Assembly: GCA_902800245.1 (NCBI GenBank)
Contig: CADCDY010000003.1
Coordinates: forward strand, 27,534 to 91,533
Reading direction: 5' to 3'
Length of the DNA: 64,000 nt
Source of the DNA: an uncultured Prevotellaceae bacterium
Lineage (GTDB): Bacteria; Bacteroidota; Bacteroidia; Bacteroidales; Bacteroidaceae
Shown: piece after piece, positions 28,901 to 35,300 of the stretch
How positions within the stretch are numbered: the stretch's first letter is position 1
How the letters are laid out: each line of letters opens with the position of its first letter
Notes under the pieces: generated by a model
Database searches by the model: none
Told to the model about the DNA's origin: nothing
Seen by the model: the letters and a program-made list of their open reading frames with translations, nothing else
Program-made: the position numbers and the translations under genes

Positions 28901-29221
28901 GGTCGTCGTCGCACTAGGGTCGTCACCTGTTGCGTAACTGACTTCTAGCGGTGTGCCGTCAACAACGTCAATCCTCCTTCTAGGCGATTGCACCGCACCG
29001 CCGTCGAGCGTAGCCACAGCCGTCAGATTATCGACGGTGAGGTAGTAGCCATCAGCAGGCTTAGCCGTCAGTGTGCATACTCCGTTGCTTATCGCATAAG
29101 TCACCGTACCGCTATTTGCGGGAGTAATGGTGATATTCACCTTCTGCTCTGCCCATGCCGTCATGGTTGTCAACACCAGCAGGGCCATTGTGGTTAAGAT
29201 TCTATTCATATTGTGTTTCAT
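25946..29221 (-). CDS. 1091-aa secreted surface protein with Ig-like/MBG-type repeats and a T9SS-type C-terminal domain
   Basis: Sec signal (TAWA), YSNNIxAGxAxVT repeats, a Big_2-like YSSSNLDVATIDENG motif, and C-terminal WYSLDGRQL...GIYLKNGKKYIVK. Confidence 0.85.
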   Translation of the reverse strand: MKHNMNRILTTMALLVLTTMTAWAEQKVNITITPANSGTVTYAISNGVCTLTAKPADGYYLTVDNLTAVATLDGGAVQSPRRRIDVVDGTPLEVSYATGDDPSATTTYTIAMPADANLNVEVTAEFQSRTSIDGATVTVAVPEGGIIYNGGEQKPAIASVVLANGTALTSADYTVSGYSNNIKAGNSAEVTVTGQGKYKGSATGTFAISKAVATVTKAPEALNPTYTGAAQNLVTAGETESGTVVYSLSADGEFSETIPQATNVGSYTVYYKATGDDNHSESAVGNVTATIAKADLGDVTIGTIADQTFTGSEIKPAVTVMFNGKAVAADEYSVAYSNNINAGTATVTLTSKDKNFSTTNTKSATFKIVQAEASLSYNIYELTTAINVTPIWPELNNPKGAIVAYSSSNLDVATIDENGSITIVGTGETTIKAAVNDPNYKDGEATYKLKVTGYAYNLKIDGQVVTDDNRKTLFNNSVMFDGKERLTLTNAHITSIESGLEALEIYVIGNNVIETTINDNAILDLTNGHQTLNIITDETKPGTLTMSCVKKVVSGFRKVSIKAPMAIMKPEGMKKLNEGNSNYALLCSPLDPIVNNDDKNSTIDYGSGDPEDPLTNIVIDDVLYTLNDLQEAGLNDDGTYNGMLIINSTMTDGDLEKAIKMIPTTEEYAKTFKGITFMVPAGSGTVTITAMTQIDHTLCVKVGNMPATLVQTNGELKSIEIPYACQSATYIYVYHVESSGAASAPAEGNHRIGPKATVSTGVTGLSVSANNIDTPPAGMSDYLSFSRADLRIPESGVGHIVVANASITDLDDDAFVDLTGASANASRRAFQNYDITYIDLRGTSITGKEFSREEGPFKGLPETTFVYLPAGNEVSSPNMVVGSVCNEMSIGDGNHTFECVEEGFVASRAMLERWFHADEKYPVYVPFDIKDPEKYGIFFEYSGISDGMVTMNKTTTIAANTPYYLQAKEGGVDIIEEAGVKVNPVTSIPSTGMIGTYKPEWLPDAYFYDNETKKFQKVADVLPFEAYLNIEGSAPLTVWWEGEEKPTAVDVVRRNNEIGNNRWYSLDGRQLQQHPVEKGIYLKNGKKYIVK

Positions 29222-29233
29222 ATCGCGCGTACC

Positions 29234-32008
29234 TTATTTATTTTTAACAACCACTTTTTTACCATTCTTAATGTAGAGACCCGGCTTTAACGTTGAACGT
29301 TCAACATTCAACATTGAACCAACCTTGCGACCGTCTATCGTATACCAACTATCGTCGTTCAACGTTCCACGTTCCACGTTCAACGTCTGTATACCGGTGG
29401 TATCGTCGCCAATGCTGATGCTCAGTTCGGGAGCACCGCTGCCGCCAGCCACTTGCAGCACATTCTTGCCGGCTGCAATCGTACCCATAGTGACTTTCAT
29501 CAGCTTGCCGTTATAGAGTCCATAGATGGTTCCGGCCATCGTGGCGACATCCGTAGCCGCACTCATATGAATCATCATATTGCCCTCGCCTGGAGCCGTA
29601 GCACCCGTACTTGCCACCTTTGCCACTATCACAGCCGATCCCTTGGGAATATACGTCACCGACTGCGTGGTAGCTGTCGTTCCCGAGACACCCGTAATGA
29701 AGTAGGCCGAATAGCCGTCAGGCAGGTAAGTGTCGTTGTCATTGTTGTAGTAAGTGCCATAAGTATGACCAGCAATCGCTTCATCCAACTGCTCACCGGA
29801 CACCCTATAGCCAATCTCGAAGCTCTTGACAAACGGTCCGCCAGTATAGTTACCTGTACCTGTCACTGATGCTGTAGCCGTTCCGACAGCGACATTGTTC
29901 GAATATGCTACAGTAAAATCGACATCCAACGTCAGGTCAACACCCCTGTCACTGTCCGTCACTTTCACTTCCGCCTTGACTTCCTCACCAGTATAGTCAT
30001 AAGTATCCTGCGCCAGCGTCACCCAGTCGGCAACAATCGTCTTCGGGATAATGGTGAAGGGCACTTCCTTCGAACCTCCATAGGCAGAACCCTCTTTGGC
30101 GGTAATGACTATCGTGTAGTCGCCAGCATCAATCATTGACTCAACGGCAGCGTTGCCTTTTTTGTAGCTTACCGTATAGTCAGTGTCTAACGTCAAGGCT
30201 GTTCCACCTCCTGCAGGAGTAACCGTCAGCTCAGGAGTGTAGGCCGAGCCCTTATAAGTCTGGTCATCATTGCCGGTAACCGTACAAGTGGCAATATCAA
30301 TCAATACCGTGTAAGCCACAGAGACTGTGTCGCTATATACGGTATATGTATTATTCTCCTTTGTAAAGGTGTACCCTACCCTTGCCGACAGGGTTCCCTC
30401 CCGGAACACAACGCCATCATCCGTGTAATCTGTCCATGTAGCATCATTATCACCCGTAATGTCATCCCACGTATAGCTGATGGCCATGCCGGCAACATCC
30501 TCCTTGGTAATCGTAATCGCGGCATGATTCTCTGAATAAGCACCGGCGGGCAAGCTAATGGTCGGAGTCTTTGGTGCGGCATCCACGTAGAAATCATAAG
30601 TATCCTCTTCGTATTTGCCACCTCCTGCGTAAGACAAAGTAATTTTAACGTTACCATATCCCTCAGCAGTAATCACGCCGTTATTGTTAACTGATGCAAC
30701 AGTCTCATCATCAGATTTCCAAGTCAAATCCGCTGCAAGGATGTCCTCAGGACAAACCACCAGATAATGTGCCTTGACGTCAAACGTATTGCCATTTGTC
30801 ACTCTGAGTTTCGACAAAAAAGCATCTCCGTCCTTGATAGAAAGATAGTCTTCGATGCCATTAATAATAAACGTTTTCGTCTGCGTCAGCTCCGTTTTGA
30901 AGTTATTGCCCGTCGACGACAGTATCACCGTTGCCGTTCCGGGATTCACGTTGTTGCTGTATTCAGCTCTGTAGTCACTGGCATCGACAGTGATTGTTTT
31001 GTTGTTTGTATTCTTAAACGTCACCGTCAGCTCCGGTTCAATCGGCTCGCCAGTGGCAGTCTGCTCCGGAATATCAGCAATCTTAACGTTGAAGTCGGCC
31101 TGGGCGATGGTAAAATACCTGATTACCTTACCTGTGAAGTTGCCCTTACCAATGATCTCGCATCTGGGACCTTTTGCGCCACCCTCTTCAGTCTCCATAC
31201 CAGTACCAGCATTGACGCTGTCAGGATACGCTGTCCAATAGTCCACGCTGTATTCTAAATCGTGGTCATTATAGGATATTCCGTCCAACGCAGGCATGTG
31301 TTCTTCACCGTCATATTCAAAATTGGTAGCAGTCAATTCGCCAACAATTCCTTCGTTCGACAAATCCATCGGATTGATGGTGAACGTCTTTACGATAGAC
31401 GTGGCACCATCACTGATGGTCGTGTAGATACCCTTACCGGTAATCGTTACCTTAGCCGTACCGGCATTCACGGTGTCCGAATACACTACGGTATAGTGCG
31501 TACCTTTTACCAGATCGTCGTTTCCGTCCTTAATTATCAATTCCGGTTCATGACCCACCCAGTTGAAGGTCTCATCGGGAATATCTTCAACCATCGTCAG
31601 CGTCAGCGCCTTGCGCGACTGGAAGTTGACCGTCACCTCGACATCACTGCCGTCAGTAGGCATTGTGAGCGTATATTTCGTCTCGCCGCTGGGGTCAGCA
31701 CTAGCATCCGACGCCGTTACCGCAATGGGATTATCTACCAATCCCGGATCGCGGCGAGGTGTCTGTGCCATATTACCATTCCACACAGCATATGCCGTGA
31801 TAAAATCTTTGGTCACATAGCTTCCGTCGGGGGGCGTTACCGTCAGGGTACACACACCTTCACTGATGCTTTTTGTCGCCGTTCCCGACTCAGTAGCCAC
31901 CCCATTCAGCTGCTTCTTAATAGTCACGTCGGCAGCCCATGCTCCCGAGGTAAACAGAAGCATCAAGGCCATTGTCATTACTGATCTCATAGATTGTTTC
32001 ATCATCAT
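29234..32008 (-). CDS. 924-aa secreted surface protein with Ig-like/MBG-type repeats and a T9SS-type C-terminal domain
   Basis: Sec signal (GAWA), several Y..NAGTA.V.ITGKG repeats, a Big_2-like WKSDDETVASV motif, and C-terminal WYTIDGRKV...GLYIKNGKKVVVK. Confidence 0.85.
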   Translation of the reverse strand: MMMKQSMRSVMTMALMLLFTSGAWAADVTIKKQLNGVATESGTATKSISEGVCTLTVTPPDGSYVTKDFITAYAVWNGNMAQTPRRDPGLVDNPIAVTASDASADPSGETKYTLTMPTDGSDVEVTVNFQSRKALTLTMVEDIPDETFNWVGHEPELIIKDGNDDLVKGTHYTVVYSDTVNAGTAKVTITGKGIYTTISDGATSIVKTFTINPMDLSNEGIVGELTATNFEYDGEEHMPALDGISYNDHDLEYSVDYWTAYPDSVNAGTGMETEEGGAKGPRCEIIGKGNFTGKVIRYFTIAQADFNVKIADIPEQTATGEPIEPELTVTFKNTNNKTITVDASDYRAEYSNNVNPGTATVILSSTGNNFKTELTQTKTFIINGIEDYLSIKDGDAFLSKLRVTNGNTFDVKAHYLVVCPEDILAADLTWKSDDETVASVNNNGVITAEGYGNVKITLSYAGGGKYEEDTYDFYVDAAPKTPTISLPAGAYSENHAAITITKEDVAGMAISYTWDDITGDNDATWTDYTDDGVVFREGTLSARVGYTFTKENNTYTVYSDTVSVAYTVLIDIATCTVTGNDDQTYKGSAYTPELTVTPAGGGTALTLDTDYTVSYKKGNAAVESMIDAGDYTIVITAKEGSAYGGSKEVPFTIIPKTIVADWVTLAQDTYDYTGEEVKAEVKVTDSDRGVDLTLDVDFTVAYSNNVAVGTATASVTGTGNYTGGPFVKSFEIGYRVSGEQLDEAIAGHTYGTYYNNDNDTYLPDGYSAYFITGVSGTTATTQSVTYIPKGSAVIVAKVASTGATAPGEGNMMIHMSAATDVATMAGTIYGLYNGKLMKVTMGTIAAGKNVLQVAGGSGAPELSISIGDDTTGIQTLNVERGTLNDDSWYTIDGRKVGSMLNVERSTLKPGLYIKNGKKVVVKNK

Positions 32009-32054
32009 GTTCTTTTGTTTTTATGTTGATAGTTAGTTACGCATTAAAGGCACA

Positions 32055-32089
32055 ACGCTGACGTTCAACATAAAGTTAAACGTCAGCGT
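32055..32089. other. 15-bp stem-loop without a U tract inside the operon
   Basis: ACGCTGACGTTCAAC-ataaa-GTTAAACGTCAGCGT, with one C/A mismatch that is a G-U pair in the minus-strand transcript. Confidence 0.7.
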
Positions 32090-32147
32090 ATAGCAGGCCT
32101 CATCTAGTATATAATCCACATGGATTCCATATACTTCTGAAGCTTAT

Positions 32148-32333
32148 TTACTCGAATCCCGGTATCCCCAAAATATCGAGACCCGCGGTTTCAAAGACTT
32201 CCACGTCGTCGAAGGTATCTATTTCGGGAGCATTCACTTGTCCATTGTAACTACCAGCCAACAATGAAACTCGCTCCTCTATCCTCACCACTTCCATCTG
32301 TGGCGTGACATACATCTTCTTATTATTCTTCAT
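32148..32333 (-). CDS. 61-aa small peptide with a KKxYxxPxMEVV...LLAGS leader-like N-terminus
   Basis: Fills the spacer between two co-oriented large genes; A-rich start context AGAAAATAGAACACAAT-ATG; basic N-terminus and acidic C-terminal part. Confidence 0.75.
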   Translation of the reverse strand: MKNNKKMYVTPQMEVVRIEERVSLLAGSYNGQVNAPEIDTFDDVEVFETAGLDILGIPGFE

Positions 32334-32375
32334 ATTGTGTTCTATTTTCTAATTAATGTTCACAGGAAAGTTTCA

Positions 32376-35300
32376 TTACTTCACCACAACGGTTCGTCCG
32401 TTGTAAATGTAGAGTCCAGGTTTCGTAGGCTGACCCATAAGACGTGCTCCAGTAAGCGTGTACCAACCCTCAACAGGTTTACGCTCGTTGACAGTCTTTA
32501 TCTCAGGCTCCTCAATGGCTGTCGTTTCGTCATCTACTCCACCCCAACGGATAGCGTAGCTTGGCACACCACCATCAGCCACCATATATGCACGGAATGG
32601 AGCAATAGAAGCACCAGTTCCCAGTTTGACGAACTGTCCTACTGTAGCACCGTCAACTTCCTCGGCAGCATAACCGTACCAGTTGTCACCGCCACAGCTC
32701 GTCTGTTCGTAAACGCCCTTGAATCCTTCTGTCTCGGCAGGCGATCCCTGTACTGTTACAATCTTGACCTCTGGGTTGACCACTCCACCCTCCTTTGCTT
32801 GGAAGATGTAAGGCATATTGGCCTTCAGTCCACCCGAAACCTTCGTCATTTTCACTACATCACCGTCGATGCCATCGAACTTAAAGAACTGTCCTAACTG
32901 ATTGGCAGTCTCCTGAGGAATAGCATAAGGCAGATAGATAGTAGCCTTCGAATCATCACCGCCAGCTGCGAAGGTACGCATCAAGGTAGCCTGAGCGGCA
33001 GTGAAGTTTTTCGAAACCTTAAAGGGCTTGGCTTCGTTCACACCCGAACCCGGCAATTCAGCCTTCAACTCCATGCGGTCGCAGACGTCGCCTATCACTA
33101 CGTTTTTCTCTGATGTCGTGTTACCCTCCGGCATATAGATAAAGACATTCTCAGGCACACCATTGAACGGACCGGACGAACGACTTACCTCCATATTCTT
33201 GATAGAAGTGCCGCGCATATCGATAAACGGCAGGTCAGAGCTGATCTTCAGCGTAGGAGCTGAACGGCGCTGAGCACCTGAGACACCACCCGCCAGGAAC
33301 ATATCGTCCTCGAGGTCAGTAATAGAAGCATCATTGAACGCCAGACCCTCACCAGGAATGACACTTGCAATAACAGCATCAGCAGCCATTTTATCCAGCA
33401 GCATATAATTTGACGAAGGCTGACTGCTTGACGAAGATACCAAACTATTGCTCGATACCGAGATATTGCCCAAACCACCGGAAACACCCGACTTCGGTCC
33501 AATACGTCCACGTACGTGACGAGGTGCGCTGCTCGATGATGGCTGAGGCAGGTAGATGTAAACATACGTATCGGAACTGCATGTATAGTCAATATCGTAT
33601 GTTGTCGGGGTATCCGTCAGTGTAATATAGGTAGCCGTCTGATCGCCAATCTTTACGCACATCTGGTGGCCGTTCAGACTCCAAGCTTCTATAGATATGG
33701 TACCCGTGCTCGCGGGAAGCTTAAATGTAAGACCTGTGAACTTCTCATTAAAGGCATCAGATCCCGGCTCAAGATTCATTGCTGCTGCCAAATCTTCATC
33801 CGACACCTCACTATTGATGACAACATTACTTCCATCATAACCATCAGGAGAGTCTTTGGTGCCATCATCATTCAGCGTAAACAGGATGTCGCCTACTATC
33901 ATATTGTTCAGGTTAGCACCAGGAGTATTATATTGCTCCATTTCGGTATTAGCATCTGTTAAGTCCACATTGGCATTCGAACTCTTGCCGGAAGTGGGAT
34001 CAGCATTGATAATTGGCTCTATCTTCTGTGCAAAGGTAATGGTCTTGCCACTCAGTATAGCTTCCAATTCATTGTCGAACGACACCTTACTGAATCCGGT
34101 GAAAGCATCTTCCAATGTAGGATTCGACGCATTCGTCGAAGTGTAAACCAGCTTACCAGGAGAGTTACCATTGGTTACGAAGTGTAACTCTATATTGGAC
34201 TTCGCATTGGCTACAATAACATTATCTGCCGATGTAATCGTGTTTTCCTGTCCTGCCAGGTGGATGTACAGCTGGTCAAGCGTGTTATCACTGCCCAGCT
34301 CAATCTTCTGCGTCAGCTCAGCATTCGTCAGTATCAGCGTATACTCTCCGTCATAAATCACGGAACCGCCATCACCAAACACATCCCTACGATTGTCCGA
34401 AGTAATAGCTTTGCCGCCCACCATCAAATTATAATCTGAAGGTATCGAGACATCATAGCCGCCAGCGACCGACTTCATTCTAAGACCGTTCAGATATTTC
34501 ACCTCAGAGAACCCGGAAACGGCATTTTCTTCTGTTGTTGTGAATGTCAGTTTGGCATCTGCAGCATCTGCTGCGAAATACAATGTACCAGTAGTACCAG
34601 TAATCTCTCCTGCAATGCTGTTTGTACCAGCCAAGACTATCTTCAGCTGATCCAGACCGCTGGTAATGCCACTTGCAAGTGAAGCCTCATTCAGCGTCAG
34701 CACGCCATTCGCATAGCTCACCGTACCGCTGATATCGTCGCCCTGTACATTAGCTGCATTCTTACTCGTCACCGGTGTTCCTGCAACAGTCAGGTCATAG
34801 TTGATAACTTCTGTCACATCACTTATCACCACCTTAGGCGTTTCATCCCAATTGACATTGCCAGATTCAGTCGCAGGCGTCTTCAGCATCAAGGGACTTT
34901 GGATGTTTACTTCCGTGAATCCGTAGATGGCACCGCCACCGTCCTCATTCTCCAATGTCAGGCTGTTCTCTGGAGCCGTGCTTTGGTCGTTCTTGACGAA
35001 TGTCAGCGTACCTTCTTCTTCGTCATCTCCGTCATCTCCGTCAAATCCAATTGTTCCCAACTTGTTTGTTCCGGTTATTCTCACAGTCAGCGACTCAAGA
35101 GATGTCAGAATATTTTTGCTGCTAACAATTCCGCTCAACGACAATGTATGATTGCTGGGACTAAAGGTCATTCCAGAAACGGTGTTATGTTCTGACAGCT
35201 GGTCACCATCAACCCAAACACGGTATCCTATCTCAATATATGTCAGCTGATTGTATTTTGTTAAATCACCAACAGCGACCAGGTTATCTTCAAATGAAAT

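Noticed and set aside
32148-32333. Complete lasso-peptide or RiPP biosynthetic cluster
   Set aside because: The window has no cyclase, RRE/peptidase, radical SAM enzyme or transporter. Only the leader-like resemblance is kept as a finding.
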